Of a DNA stretch of 64,000 bases, positions 1-9,765 are shown in pieces. Below the pieces are notes generated by a model. That model saw only the letters and a list, made by a program, of their open reading frames with translations. It did no database searches and had not been told where the DNA came from. The stretch comes from a virus, in the IMG/VR virus record IMGVR_UViG_3300017989_000078. The stretch is one strand, 5' to 3'. The position numbers and the translations under genes are program-made. The first letter of the stretch is position 1; each line of letters begins with the position of its first letter.

Positions 1-3
1 AGA

Positions 4-87
4 CCCCCCCCTTACCAAGGGGGGCAAAACTCAAGAACACCCCCCCCTTACTAAGGGGGTGAATCCGAAGAATACCCCCCCCTTACC
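4..87. repeat. Three direct copies of a C8-TTAC motif; the first two can fold as C/G-clamped hairpins
   Basis: C8 runs at 4-11, 40-47 and 75-82 are each followed by TTAC. Copy 1 continues CAA+G6 and copy 2 TAA+G5, so C-run and G-run can pair. A fourth C8 run lies at 203-210. Confidence 0.8.
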
Positions 88-92
88 GAGCC

Positions 93-122
93 AGGATCAG
101 GATCAGGATCAGGATCAGGATC
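93..122. repeat. Tandem hexamer (AGGATC)x5 giving five GATC sites 6 nt apart
   Basis: Read directly: units at 93-98, 99-104, 105-110, 111-116 and 117-122. Confidence 0.9.
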
Positions 123-249
123 AAGAACATAGTAAGCAGGGTGATGAGGTCAGGCGAGAATCGCCTTCCCTCCTGATACCGGATCCAGTTACTGGTCCAC
201 CGCCCCCCCCAACGGAGCATCGGATAAACTCAAAGCGATATATCTGGCC

Positions 250-570
250 ATGCAGACTGTCAAATTCCTGGTACCCGGCAAGGGCGACGAGACGATGTGG
301 AAAAACATAGGCAACAAACGTGGTCCTGGATTGGCAGCTAAATTTGAGGATGCCTGCCCAGGTGTCCAGGTTGACAAGTTGATAACAAACCTTGCAGGAT
401 GGACATATGCGAACCCCCGAAAGGGAAAACGGGACTTGGGACGTTTTGTGTGGAACGCAGCAGTTAAAGAGCAAGATCAACCGAAGAGGTCACCAGTGAA
501 CGATGCGTACCGCCATGGTGGTGATCTTGCAGACAAGATACAGCACACCAGAAGGGGAGGTTCTAGATAA
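250..570 (+). CDS. hypothetical protein (weak call)
   Basis: 106-aa ORF ending where dnaB starts. No clear RBS, and it follows the repeat region. Confidence 0.35.
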   Translation: MQTVKFLVPGKGDETMWKNIGNKRGPGLAAKFEDACPGVQVDKLITNLAGWTYANPRKGKRDLGRFVWNAAVKEQDQPKRSPVNDAYRHGGDLADKIQHTRRGGSR

Positions 571-2036
571 TGGAAGGTCGAATTCCGCCGTACGATGCGC
601 ATGCTGAAGCGGCATGTCTCGGAGCAATTCTGCTAAACAACGAAGCGTTGCCGATTGTAGGCGCCGCATTAAGTGATGCATCAGATTTCTATGTCGAATC
701 AAACCGTAGGATTTTCGAGGCAATGGTGAAGCTATCTCGTGCTGGATCCGCCGTTGATCAGGTTACTCTTGGGGCCATGTTGATAGAAGATGGGAATTTG
801 GAAAAAATCGGCGGCGCGATTGTGATACACAGACTGACCGAATCGGTCGCTACCGTGGCTAATGTTGAGCACTACGCTCGAATTATTACGCAACACGCCG
901 CTGTGAGAAGGATGATCTACGCTGCACAGGAAGTTGTTGCCGATGGATATCATAGAATTGAAAACACATCTGAGTATCTGGCTAAATCGCGCAAATTGAT
1001 CACGATGGCTGCTAGTTCTGGTGCTGTGGACGGACCAGTTCAGATCGGTGCTGAGATGTCGGAAACCATCAAAGAACTGGAATCAAAGCAGATGCCGAAA
1101 GGATTGGTTCGAACAGGTATAGGGAATGTCGATTCGCTTGTCGGTGGATTGTGGCCTGGGCTGCTACATATTCTTGGGGGTCGTCCCGGAATGGGGAAAT
1201 CGGCATACCTGCTCAACGTTCTGACCAATGCTGCGCTCGACGGCCGCAATGTCCTTTATATTCCGACAGAGGATGCCATGCGGTATGTTGTGCTGAGGGA
1301 ACTAGCCCGGTTTGCAGACGTTGATCTGAACGATCTTATGATGCGGTCAGTGCACGACAACGATTGGGGACGAATCATTGATGCCGCAAACACAGTGAGC
1401 AATATGCCACTGTGGATAGACGACACTCCTGGGCTGTCATCGGAGCGAATTGCTCAGGTAGCTGCTCTTCACAGCCAAGTGCACGGTCTTGATCTGCTGG
1501 TTGTGGATCATCTGGGCGAATTGACAGACAAGGGTGACAGCCAGACACATAGTATAGAGAAAGCCGCAATGGGGTGTCGCGACATAGCAAAAGAATTAGA
1601 TATTCCAGTGATTCTGGCCTGCCAATTGAATCGCGAAGTAGAGTACCGTAAGGATAAGCGCCCAACGCTGCACGATCTTCGTCAGAGTGGCGCCATTGAA
1701 CAGGCTGCACGAATAGTTTGGTTTGTGTATCGCCGTGGTTATTACCACCAGGGGTGTGACGAGGATCCGGATATGCAGTTGATCGTTGCGAAGTCGAGTC
1801 ACGGCAAAACGGGCACGATACGGATGTGGTCTGACATGAGCAGGATGTATATTCGTGGGTGGGAGATAGACAGAGACGGGCCTTTCCCGGATGAGAACTC
1901 TGGCAAATATGCTCCGCCTCAACACAATTATGGACCACATAGTGGGCGGAACACCTCCGCACAACAGGAGGATTTTTTTAACGGACAGAAAAGGTCGGGG
2001 GTTAAGAAGCCACCCCATTGGACAGAAGAATATTGA
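570..2036 (+). CDS. dnaB: replicative DNA helicase, DnaB family
   Basis: N-terminus PPYDAHAEAACLGAILLNNEAL. Walker A GRPGMGKSAYLLN, Walker B LLVVDHLGEL, and QLNREVE / LRQSGAIEQAARIV motifs. GGGAGG RBS upstream. Confidence 0.9.
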   Translation: MEGRIPPYDAHAEAACLGAILLNNEALPIVGAALSDASDFYVESNRRIFEAMVKLSRAGSAVDQVTLGAMLIEDGNLEKIGGAIVIHRLTESVATVANVEHYARIITQHAAVRRMIYAAQEVVADGYHRIENTSEYLAKSRKLITMAASSGAVDGPVQIGAEMSETIKELESKQMPKGLVRTGIGNVDSLVGGLWPGLLHILGGRPGMGKSAYLLNVLTNAALDGRNVLYIPTEDAMRYVVLRELARFADVDLNDLMMRSVHDNDWGRIIDAANTVSNMPLWIDDTPGLSSERIAQVAALHSQVHGLDLLVVDHLGELTDKGDSQTHSIEKAAMGCRDIAKELDIPVILACQLNREVEYRKDKRPTLHDLRQSGAIEQAARIVWFVYRRGYYHQGCDEDPDMQLIVAKSSHGKTGTIRMWSDMSRMYIRGWEIDRDGPFPDENSGKYAPPQHNYGPHSGRNTSAQQEDFFNGQKRSGVKKPPHWTEEY

Positions 2037-2050
2037 AAGGAGTCAATTAA

Positions 2051-3358
2051 ATGACAGCTAAAAAGAAAAAAATGAACACCAAGAAAAAAGCACCGACTAA
2101 GAAGGCGGCAACCAAGAAGGTAGCGAAGAAAAATCCAGCGAAGGCACCAGAGGAAACAAAACCTGAGATGAAGAAGCCAGTGGAGACACAGGAAAATCCT
2201 CCGGCCCCGGTTGCGTCGAAGCCGCCGGCAGGGGGCAAGCCCACGTTGGAATCCATGATCATTGCCTGCCAGTGCGGATCTGCACGGTACGAAGTCAAGA
2301 AGCGTACCAAGACATCGGTCAGTCTGATATGTGCCAAATGTGGATTGCGTTGCAGCGTCAAGGGTAACGTGGCACAGGTACGTGTCGGTCAACAGGAGGT
2401 CCTATACGCTTTGGCCCATACCGTGATTACCCCTGACGATACGCCCGAAGATTCGGGGCCTGGAGTGGCACCTGGCGAGAAGGTCGGAGATGGCACAGGC
2501 GGATTTGGTGCAAAGAAGAAAACATGGCGGTGCCAACTCATGGATGGAGATCAGTGGAACGTTGTAGCCGATGCGATGGAACTTGCCAGGATCATGAATT
2601 GCAACTCCGATGAATTTCGTGAGCAAACGTGGCAAGGACATGCCTTTGAGTTTATATGCGCAGATTTCAGATCAGGTGTTCCACAGGATGCGTTGCAAAT
2701 CCTGGAGGCAATGAAAGCATCAGAGGCAGACGCGAAGAGAATAGCTGCTCAGGACAGCAAGCCCGAACCCACTGCTAGGAAGATACGCGACATCAGGGCG
2801 AATGTGCGGGATAAGCTGGCTTACGAGTCGGGTTACCTCACAGCAGAAAAGATGGGTGGGGATGCTCGTACGTTGGACCTTCCCGGGGTGGATGATAACA
2901 AAGGGGTGCAGAACGAAGACAGTGAAGCAGAGAAACCTGAGCCCATCCAAGACGGTGGCCGTTTGATGCGTGCCGTTTCGAAAACATTGGAATCGTATGC
3001 AAGCGATGCAGCGGATATTGGTCTCGAGGGATCTGAACTGCCTGAGTTCGTTGTGCGTCAGGCATACATTCCTCCCAAGGACCTTATTGAAAAGTGGGCA
3101 TCTGGGGGCGGTTACCTGGTAAGGATTCTGGGCAGTGATCGTACAATCGATCCCGATGGTGAGCGTGCAGTAGTTTGTGCCTGGGTATCGGTAGAACCTG
3201 CTGAGTTGGCGCTGGACTTCGAAATGGAGTACGATGACGCGGTGGAGGATATACTGACCACTGGGGCGGTTGAGGTCATTGAATTGCTGCCTCCGGACTA
3301 CGACGATATTGAGCCATGGGACAAACCGCACTTTGCGGATAGAAGGGAGAAGCTATGA
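2051..3358 (+). CDS. hypothetical protein with Lys-rich N-terminus and zinc ribbon
   Basis: AAAGGAG RBS. KKKxxKKK N-terminal tail. CQCG...CAKCG pair. Its position after dnaB suggests a replication accessory role (inference only). Confidence 0.6.
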   Translation: MTAKKKKMNTKKKAPTKKAATKKVAKKNPAKAPEETKPEMKKPVETQENPPAPVASKPPAGGKPTLESMIIACQCGSARYEVKKRTKTSVSLICAKCGLRCSVKGNVAQVRVGQQEVLYALAHTVITPDDTPEDSGPGVAPGEKVGDGTGGFGAKKKTWRCQLMDGDQWNVVADAMELARIMNCNSDEFREQTWQGHAFEFICADFRSGVPQDALQILEAMKASEADAKRIAAQDSKPEPTARKIRDIRANVRDKLAYESGYLTAEKMGGDARTLDLPGVDDNKGVQNEDSEAEKPEPIQDGGRLMRAVSKTLESYASDAADIGLEGSELPEFVVRQAYIPPKDLIEKWASGGGYLVRILGSDRTIDPDGERAVVCAWVSVEPAELALDFEMEYDDAVEDILTTGAVEVIELLPPDYDDIEPWDKPHFADRREKL

Positions 3359-3768
3359 ACGACACCAACACCAAGGAAAGTTCTGACGGAGTTGCCAACG
3401 ATAGCGCGGAAAAGCCAGAAACCATGGAGGTCAAGATCAGACGTCGCATAGGTGCCGCTATTCAGGGCGAGGTGGACAGGCTCAACAAATACGCTGCAAT
3501 AGCAAAGGATCAGAGGGGCGACGGCGCGTTCAAGCAGTATTGCCATGCCATTGAGTCGATTGCTTCTGTGAAAGGCCGTGCTGAGATGTACTGTATCCAG
3601 GTCGAGATGGCGATGCAGACAGCTGCCATGGCTTCAGTCATGGGCGGTGTGATGGGTGGAGCAGCGAATAACAAAGGTCCGCGCAGTATGCCAACTGCAC
3701 AGTCGGCACTTGAAGATCTGGTTCGTCGTGGCTCCAGTCCGGGACAGGAAACACCAAAAAAAGACTGA
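3355..3768 (+). CDS. hypothetical protein
   Basis: ATGA overlap with the upstream stop; 137-aa ORF. Confidence 0.55.
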   Translation: MNDTNTKESSDGVANDSAEKPETMEVKIRRRIGAAIQGEVDRLNKYAAIAKDQRGDGAFKQYCHAIESIASVKGRAEMYCIQVEMAMQTAAMASVMGGVMGGAANNKGPRSMPTAQSALEDLVRRGSSPGQETPKKD

Positions 3769-3814
3769 ACGTGCTATTATTCTTTCGGTAGAAACTAGAA
3801 AGGAGAGTGCTGCT

Positions 3815-4729
3815 ATGGCAGTCACACAGAAGATTTCTCTCACGGGATCCCCGTTCAACGCTGACAATGCGCTCATCATAGATGGTGTTGCGATTGACAT
3901 CGGCAATCGGGTCATCAAGTGGTACGAAGAGATAGGATACAGCCAATATCCCACGAATCGCTCAGTTCTCAAGACCGAGGATATGAAAACTGGCAAGGTG
4001 AAGACGAGGGTAATTCAGGGCAAGCGGTACAAGGAGCGTCCCAAGGGCATCGCAGACATCCGACAGATACTGATACATCACTCAGGGGCGGATCGTGCAG
4101 ACCCTGGTATTATGCGTGAAGTACTCCACAATCAACGTGGCCTGTCTGTTCCGTTTGCAATAGAAGATGATGGCAGGATCTTTCAGTTTCTGGACGCGGT
4201 AAAACTTGCCTATCACGCAGGTCGTATCCACAATAAGATCAGTATTGGCGCGGAGTGTTGTCTGTGGCCAGACGCAGGTGCACGGCCAAACTACTACTCA
4301 GCATCCAACAGGAAACGCACCGGCAACCTTCCGCACAAGATCCGAACAGAGGTGCTACAGGGCATGAAGAAGGATGTGTTTTGCTTCCCGGTTCCACAGG
4401 TAGAGGCCACTGCGAAATGGGCAGCTAGTTTATGGCTTGCCGTATGTATGCTTGGGGGAAAACGCACTGGAGAATACAAAGTTCGTAACAGCCCAGTTGT
4501 TGAACTCGACCAAATGTTCAATGGGCCACCAAAATTTCCACGGAACGGAAAGGGAGAGATCCCCCGCAAGGTGTTTCCTCAACACTCGGAACATGTGGGA
4601 CTGATAGGACACCTCCAATGCAGCAAGCGCAAATGGGATCCGGCAGGATTTCCATGGGAGTCGTTTGAGCAAATGGTAGAAGAATATTTCTTGAAATACC
4701 GGAAAGAGTGGCGTGTCGAAAGGAGATAG
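3815..4729 (+). CDS. N-acetylmuramoyl-L-alanine amidase (amidase_2/PGRP-like)
   Basis: ILIHHSGAD, FAIEDDGRIFQF, AYHAG and ISIGAEC resemble the T7-lysozyme/PGRP amidase pattern. Start moved to ATG 3815, which sits behind AGGAGAG. Confidence 0.75.
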   Translation: MAVTQKISLTGSPFNADNALIIDGVAIDIGNRVIKWYEEIGYSQYPTNRSVLKTEDMKTGKVKTRVIQGKRYKERPKGIADIRQILIHHSGADRADPGIMREVLHNQRGLSVPFAIEDDGRIFQFLDAVKLAYHAGRIHNKISIGAECCLWPDAGARPNYYSASNRKRTGNLPHKIRTEVLQGMKKDVFCFPVPQVEATAKWAASLWLAVCMLGGKRTGEYKVRNSPVVELDQMFNGPPKFPRNGKGEIPRKVFPQHSEHVGLIGHLQCSKRKWDPAGFPWESFEQMVEEYFLKYRKEWRVERR

Positions 4730-4730
4730 C

Positions 4731-5549
4731 ATGAGGAATGTATTGACTTATTCGATGATCGGAATTGTGGCGGCAGTATTTCTAATAGCGAGCACGGTGA
4801 ACAATCGTGGTGATGCAGAGGCCGAGCCGCTGATTGATGAGAGAGCCCAGGAGGCGCTTGTGTTCGACGAACACTGCTGTACATGTGATGACTGCGAACA
4901 GAACGGATGTGATGATGAAATAGAGGCAGTTGACCGTGCCGAATTTGAGATCAGCAGGGACCGGATGACACAGGAGGTCGAGTTACTCTGGCAGATGTGG
5001 TTTGACGACGAGAACGCGTCAATGACCGATCCACGCCGAGCACGCTTCACGGAATTTGCAGAATACGTCGCTGATGCTGTTATCATGTATCAGGACACAC
5101 CAACTGACGTCGGTGGCCAATTACCTGGACACAAGAACGATCACTTGATTATGGCATACATGATAGCCAAGGAGTCATCTGTAACTCACGACGTAGTTGG
5201 GACATCCAACGAAGAGGTTGGGCTGATGCAATTGCACGGTGTATCTCTGGCTGGTTACTGCGATGAAAAGGTACAACACAATCCGAAACTGGGTGTTCTG
5301 CTCGGAGTCAGGTGGCTGACATCGATGTTGCCCAAATGCGCTAGCGAAAATTCGGGTGTGCTTGGTGCGGAGTATGACGCGTGGGATGATTATGACTGGG
5401 TTGGTCCATTGTCTGTTTACGCTGGTGGACCGAGGGGATACGGCAAAAACGGTAAGTGCCTCCACTTCAAGACAATGCGAGAGCGTGTGGACACGGTCCG
5501 GATCTATCGGACGAGAATCGATCACGAAATGGAATACTGGGAGGATTGA
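4731..5549 (+). CDS. lytic transglycosylase (SLT domain) with N-terminal membrane anchor
   Basis: N-terminal hydrophobic stretch IGIVAAVFLIAS. AKESS...EEVGLMQL resembles the catalytic Glu-Ser and GLMQ motifs of SLT. AGGAG RBS before ATG 4731. Confidence 0.7.
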   Translation: MRNVLTYSMIGIVAAVFLIASTVNNRGDAEAEPLIDERAQEALVFDEHCCTCDDCEQNGCDDEIEAVDRAEFEISRDRMTQEVELLWQMWFDDENASMTDPRRARFTEFAEYVADAVIMYQDTPTDVGGQLPGHKNDHLIMAYMIAKESSVTHDVVGTSNEEVGLMQLHGVSLAGYCDEKVQHNPKLGVLLGVRWLTSMLPKCASENSGVLGAEYDAWDDYDWVGPLSVYAGGPRGYGKNGKCLHFKTMRERVDTVRIYRTRIDHEMEYWED

Positions 5550-5556
5550 AGTGGGC

Positions 5557-5853
5557 ATGCCTCTTATTGATACAATTGACAGGTTGCTGGAGGTGGCACG
5601 CCCCACGGGTCAGGCCCATCGCAGACTGCTCAAATATAGGGACCAGGTAACGCGCAATGTGTTTCTTGGACCGTCAGTGATGCGGTACATCAACGGCCTG
5701 GTTGAAAAGCTGGACGACAAGATAGAATGTCGTTATCTCACACAACTAGGCAAATGCCGCAGCAAGAAGAGGGTATGTGATCATCTTGACGACAACAGCG
5801 CGTGCCCGATCTATAAACCCAATAAAAAGGAAACAAATCGGAGGTACCAATGA
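5557..5853 (+). CDS. hypothetical protein
   Basis: Internal ATG 5557 just after the upstream stop. The 5' part of the longer ORF lies inside the SLT gene. Confidence 0.5.
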   Translation: MPLIDTIDRLLEVARPTGQAHRRLLKYRDQVTRNVFLGPSVMRYINGLVEKLDDKIECRYLTQLGKCRSKKRVCDHLDDNSACPIYKPNKKETNRRYQ

Positions 5854-6218
5854 AAAGTAATAACGCAGTAGTGGGAATCTACCGTCACGATGCAGAGGGG
5901 CGTGGCAAAGAAGGACCGACGACATTGGTGGAGCGTGTGGAATTGGACATGCCAGTCAAGGCTCTTCTGCGCGGAAAAGGCTGGAAGGATCGTGTGAGAT
6001 CCGAAGGCGCAAAACGTGGGTTTCGTGTTTTGGCAGTGAGCGTTATCCATGGCGATGCAAATCTGGACATCGACATCGCACTGACAGTGGCGAAGATACC
6101 GGCTAAATTCGGAGAGAAGCGCAAAGCTGCAACCAAGTCAGGACGTCCAGTCGAGGGGCCCATAAAGACAGGGAAGACCATGGCAGCCAAACGCAGAGCG
6201 GTCAGGGACGGGCAGTAA
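5850..6218 (+). CDS. hypothetical protein
   Basis: GGAGG RBS and ATGA overlap. Confidence 0.55.
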   Translation: MKSNNAVVGIYRHDAEGRGKEGPTTLVERVELDMPVKALLRGKGWKDRVRSEGAKRGFRVLAVSVIHGDANLDIDIALTVAKIPAKFGEKRKAATKSGRPVEGPIKTGKTMAAKRRAVRDGQ

Positions 6219-7039
6219 TGAATTGGCTTGAACTATTCGAGTCGTCCGAATACGAGCTGCCACTGGAGATGACAGGGGGAGATCAGTATAGAGGGGGCCC
6301 TGGCTATCCGGACGCTACAATACGAGAGTCCGAGTTGATGATTCCCACCCGCACCATTGTGCAGCGTGTTGAACTAGCTGCTACAGACTCCAGTGGTGAG
6401 AGGGAGGAGAAGATACGGATCTATCGAGTATTGGCTGAATTGGAAAATGGCGAGTTGGTAGAACTGACACGCAAGGCAGTCGCATCTGAGGCTCCCGATC
6501 CAGTCGATACCTCAGTGTGTGCAGCATGCCTTGGCAAAATACCTGACGGGCAGGCGAAGATCCAGGACGGCAAAGCCTACCATCGGATTTGTATTGGAGG
6601 CGGTGATGTGGTTGCAAGTTCTAGTGGCAATCGTGGTGGCGGTGTTCCTGCTGTCGATTCTGGTAGGAGTGATAACGGATCTTCTACGCCAGGGGACGCG
6701 CAGACAGCGGATGCAGTGGCACGAGAGGTTGAAACGCCGACGGTGACAAAAGTACTTGGTGATGACGTCAACACTGTATCACACCTCGTGTCTGTAACAA
6801 GCATTGACAAATACAGACAAGCTGTTACACTGTGGGCCATGATACACGGGACACGAAGTGGGACTGTTGTTGGGCGTTGGCCGTCTGGATTATTCCACGG
6901 TGACATCCCAAGCAGGCACGACGTGGAGTACATCGATGATAAGTTTTTCGGATCCGACAGGGTGGTAACCGCGTCCGACCTGCGTGCGTGGAACGGCCTG
7001 TACAAGAAGGCCTTGAGCGAATTAAACCCGCCGCGCTGA
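6218..7039 (+). CDS. hypothetical protein
   Basis: TAATG overlap; 273-aa ORF. Confidence 0.55.
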   Translation: MNWLELFESSEYELPLEMTGGDQYRGGPGYPDATIRESELMIPTRTIVQRVELAATDSSGEREEKIRIYRVLAELENGELVELTRKAVASEAPDPVDTSVCAACLGKIPDGQAKIQDGKAYHRICIGGGDVVASSSGNRGGGVPAVDSGRSDNGSSTPGDAQTADAVAREVETPTVTKVLGDDVNTVSHLVSVTSIDKYRQAVTLWAMIHGTRSGTVVGRWPSGLFHGDIPSRHDVEYIDDKFFGSDRVVTASDLRAWNGLYKKALSELNPPR

Positions 7040-7067
7040 AGCGGTTGGGCGGAAGGGGTAGAAGCAA

Positions 7068-7574
7068 ATGGGAACCAAGGATGACATCATAGCTGCGATC
7101 CAGGTGGTCGCGGATGCAACCCTTGATGGGAACATGAGGATTTCGCTAGGAGCCCCTGGCGACAACGTAGAGAATAGCATCTGTGCATGGCAGCCAACTG
7201 GCGCTGCATGGGTGCCTGAGCCGAAGACATGGCCGGTGGTGGTCCAGGGATTTGCTAGTTGGATGGATAGCCATGGAGTTGGCAGGGCGGACGTGTTCAC
7301 AGCTGTCAATGTGTTCACAGTGAGCGGCAATATTACGATCAATCACTGGGTGGTGGAGATGAATGCGGCCGGTATAACGCTGACACTACCAGCGGCGAGT
7401 GCTGTACCGCGTGGCAAGCAAGTAATTGTCAAGGATGTTTTTGGTTCTCCTGCAAATGGTGTTGGTCCGACAGGTGTAGATACGATAGACGGAGCACCTG
7501 GTCCGATTCTGACAGGACCGAATGGCGCGATCAGGCTATATAGCGACGGTGTATCGGATTGGAGGACATGGTGA
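7068..7574 (+). CDS. hypothetical protein
   Basis: 168-aa ORF in the + strand gene array. Confidence 0.55.
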   Translation: MGTKDDIIAAIQVVADATLDGNMRISLGAPGDNVENSICAWQPTGAAWVPEPKTWPVVVQGFASWMDSHGVGRADVFTAVNVFTVSGNITINHWVVEMNAAGITLTLPAASAVPRGKQVIVKDVFGSPANGVGPTGVDTIDGAPGPILTGPNGAIRLYSDGVSDWRTW

Positions 7575-8206
7575 TGTTTCCCAAGTCGAAACCGTACAGG
7601 TCGAAGGCATTCTTGAAATTCTGTCACGAAAACATGAAGCCGGCGCCTTGTTGTGTTTGTGGTGATCGCCCATGGGATCAACTTCACCACTTCGGAGACG
7701 ACGGGGGCCAGTCGTTGAAACCAAGTGACAACGAGGTAGCGCGTATTTGTATGCACTGCCACATGAAGTGGGATATGAAACGGAAAAGCCTGACCAAGCA
7801 GATTGATTATGAGAAACTAAGTATTTTGGAATCGTTCCAGAACGACGCGCTAAAGCTGAACCGTGCCTACATCGAACACCTCGAGGAAATCAAGGAGCGT
7901 TCCACAGACAGCATGATACGCCATCTGCTCAAGGGCAACGATGAGTGTGCCCGGGAAGAGGCAGTCCAGCGTATATTTGGGCGCCACGGACTTCATGGGC
8001 AGCATGGGATGGATGAGCAGGAATGGTGGGAGGCGTGGTCAATCAAACGATGTGGAAATATTCTCGACTATTTTGCCGATTATCTTAGGGAGATCGCAAA
8101 CGAGTCCGACGGCGAACTGTCGCGAATTACTGCACAGGAAGCGTTGAAAAAAGTTGGGATGGAGGGGGAAGCACATGGGGAAAACAAAGATCGAATGGTG
8201 CGATGA
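7574..8206 (+). CDS. putative HNH-like nuclease (DUF968-like N-terminus)
   Basis: PKSKPYRSKAFLKF...CCVCG...LHHFG...KPSD...CMHCH pattern. ATG 7574 is 7 nt after GGAGGA and overlaps the upstream TGA. Confidence 0.45.
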   Translation: MFPKSKPYRSKAFLKFCHENMKPAPCCVCGDRPWDQLHHFGDDGGQSLKPSDNEVARICMHCHMKWDMKRKSLTKQIDYEKLSILESFQNDALKLNRAYIEHLEEIKERSTDSMIRHLLKGNDECAREEAVQRIFGRHGLHGQHGMDEQEWWEAWSIKRCGNILDYFADYLREIANESDGELSRITAQEALKKVGMEGEAHGENKDRMVR

Positions 8207-9041
8207 GACGATCAACTTTATCACTGGTTGCCGTGGTAAATGTTCCTACTGCTACGCGAGAGGAACTGCTCAACGAAATGCACGCATGGGCTCGGCCAGG
8301 TACGTGGCAGTGGAGCAACTGACAGGAGATCCGTTCCACCCGACGTATCACCACAATGTGATGGAGCATGAACTGAAACGCTTGTCACGTGCGACGAAGC
8401 CGCGTGTTGTGTTCATAGGCTCCATGTCAGATCCGGCAACTACTGGGCCGTGGATGTATCTAGATGGTACTGGACGCGGGGGCAGGCATCAGGAGGTTTC
8501 TGACACGTGGGTACAGGAGATGATTATCGCGTTTGCTAAAGAGTTGCCACAACACACATTCATCCTGTTGACCAAACGTCCAGATAACCTGAAGATGGGG
8601 CCGTGGCCGAGTAACGTATGGATAGGAGTGTCTGCTGCGGACGAGGTGTCAGCAAATAGCAATATACCATATCTGATGAGCCAGACGCAGTGGAATGGTC
8701 GCGTGGACTGCATGGGACCAATGAGGCCTACGCTACAATGTGGTGGATTGTTTACAAGCATAGAACCATTGCAGGGTGGTCCAGATCCGATGGACTTTGT
8801 TGATCCAGCGATATTCGATGATGTGATAACCAAACCAGGATGGATAGTGATCGGTTCGCAGAAACGTCCAAAGCTGGCACATGGACAAGGCAGGTTTGTT
8901 GTAAAGAACGCATTGGAGATCGTAGAATGGGCGCGTGTCAATGACGTTCCGTGTTTTATAAAAGATAACCTGATTCGGCTCGCACCGGATTACAGCTGGC
9001 CGCGGCAATTCCCCGCGGCGTTTGGAAAGGCAGACAAATGA
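8175..9041 (+). CDS. phage Gp37/Gp68 (DUF5131)-like protein
   Basis: N-terminus MGKTKIEWCDETINFITGCRGKCSYCYA is typical of that family. GGAGGGGG RBS. Confidence 0.65.
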   Translation: MGKTKIEWCDETINFITGCRGKCSYCYARGTAQRNARMGSARYVAVEQLTGDPFHPTYHHNVMEHELKRLSRATKPRVVFIGSMSDPATTGPWMYLDGTGRGGRHQEVSDTWVQEMIIAFAKELPQHTFILLTKRPDNLKMGPWPSNVWIGVSAADEVSANSNIPYLMSQTQWNGRVDCMGPMRPTLQCGGLFTSIEPLQGGPDPMDFVDPAIFDDVITKPGWIVIGSQKRPKLAHGQGRFVVKNALEIVEWARVNDVPCFIKDNLIRLAPDYSWPRQFPAAFGKADK

Positions 9042-9379
9042 CAAGCAAGGAACGAAAAGAACTGGGCAACAATTACGAGAAGCGATGGTATCACAGCAAG
9101 AAATTCCTGGCCTTCTTGCTGATGGAGTTGTTGCTTGCGGCGATGTCAATGGTGGCGCTGTTCACGCAGCAGCCAGCAGGCTGGCCTTTAGCTGCGTTCA
9201 TGACTGGCATAGTTGTCACGATGGGCAGCATAGCACTAACATTCAATGGATATCAGGCAAAGCTGGACATGTATGTGCGCGGCATGGCGCTCACCGGTGA
9301 TCCACCAAAGAGTTTGATGGACAAGCTGCTTGGTAGAAAGGAACCGCAGGATCCTGACGACGAAGACGGTGAAATATGA
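9038..9379 (+). CDS. small two-TM membrane protein (holin-like)
   Basis: Two hydrophobic helices (FLAFLLMELLLAAMSMVALF and LAAFMTGIVVTMGSIALTF) followed by a charged C-terminus. ATGA overlap. Confidence 0.5.
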   Translation: MTSKERKELGNNYEKRWYHSKKFLAFLLMELLLAAMSMVALFTQQPAGWPLAAFMTGIVVTMGSIALTFNGYQAKLDMYVRGMALTGDPPKSLMDKLLGRKEPQDPDDEDGEI

Positions 9380-9765
9380 TGTTACCGATTCCGACATGGA
9401 GACTATTGAAAGATCTGTGGCCAGTGTTGGTTTTGCTGATCGCTGGTGGTGCGATCATGGTAGCCGGCGCATTGTTTGCAGTCCGAGGGTGCAGCACAGA
9501 ACCACCTGAAGATGGGTTGCTTGTCGCCAGGGATCAGATCTTGGATCAGGTTCGTCGCGAACGGGAAGAGAACGCTAAGAAGTTGGAAGTACTGGGGCAG
9601 CAACTTGACTCGCTACGATTCCAGGTGGATCAACTCGATCTGGAAATTGCAAACTCCGCCAGGGAGAGAGAGGAAATACACGATGCGATTGACAATGCTA
9701 CATCTATTGGTGACGTTGACAGTGCTCTTAAGCGCGGCGGCCGCGTTGGCAGACGAGGACGTTGA
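9376..9765 (+). CDS. membrane-anchored coiled-coil protein
   Basis: N-terminal TM segment LWPVLVLLIAGGAIMVAGALFAV, then a heptad-like charged region. ATGA overlap. Confidence 0.5.
   Translation: MMLPIPTWRLLKDLWPVLVLLIAGGAIMVAGALFAVRGCSTEPPEDGLLVARDQILDQVRREREENAKKLEVLGQQLDSLRFQVDQLDLEIANSAREREEIHDAIDNATSIGDVDSALKRGGRVGRRGR

Noticed and set aside
93-122. Tandem repeats as a possible CRISPR array
   Set aside because: The units are 6 nt with no spacers, so this is a simple tandem repeat. No CRISPR-like repeat-spacer structure was seen anywhere in the window.
59-310. 83-aa + strand ORF through the repeat region (contains DQDQDQDQDQ and PPPPP)
   Set aside because: The peptide is simply the translation of the AGGATC hexamer repeat and the C8 runs. 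It has no RBS and low complexity. I treated it as non-coding.
121-480. 119-aa minus-strand ORF at the window start
   Set aside because: It is antisense to the only plausible + ORF, has no RBS or recognisable motif, and no other gene in the window is on the minus strand.
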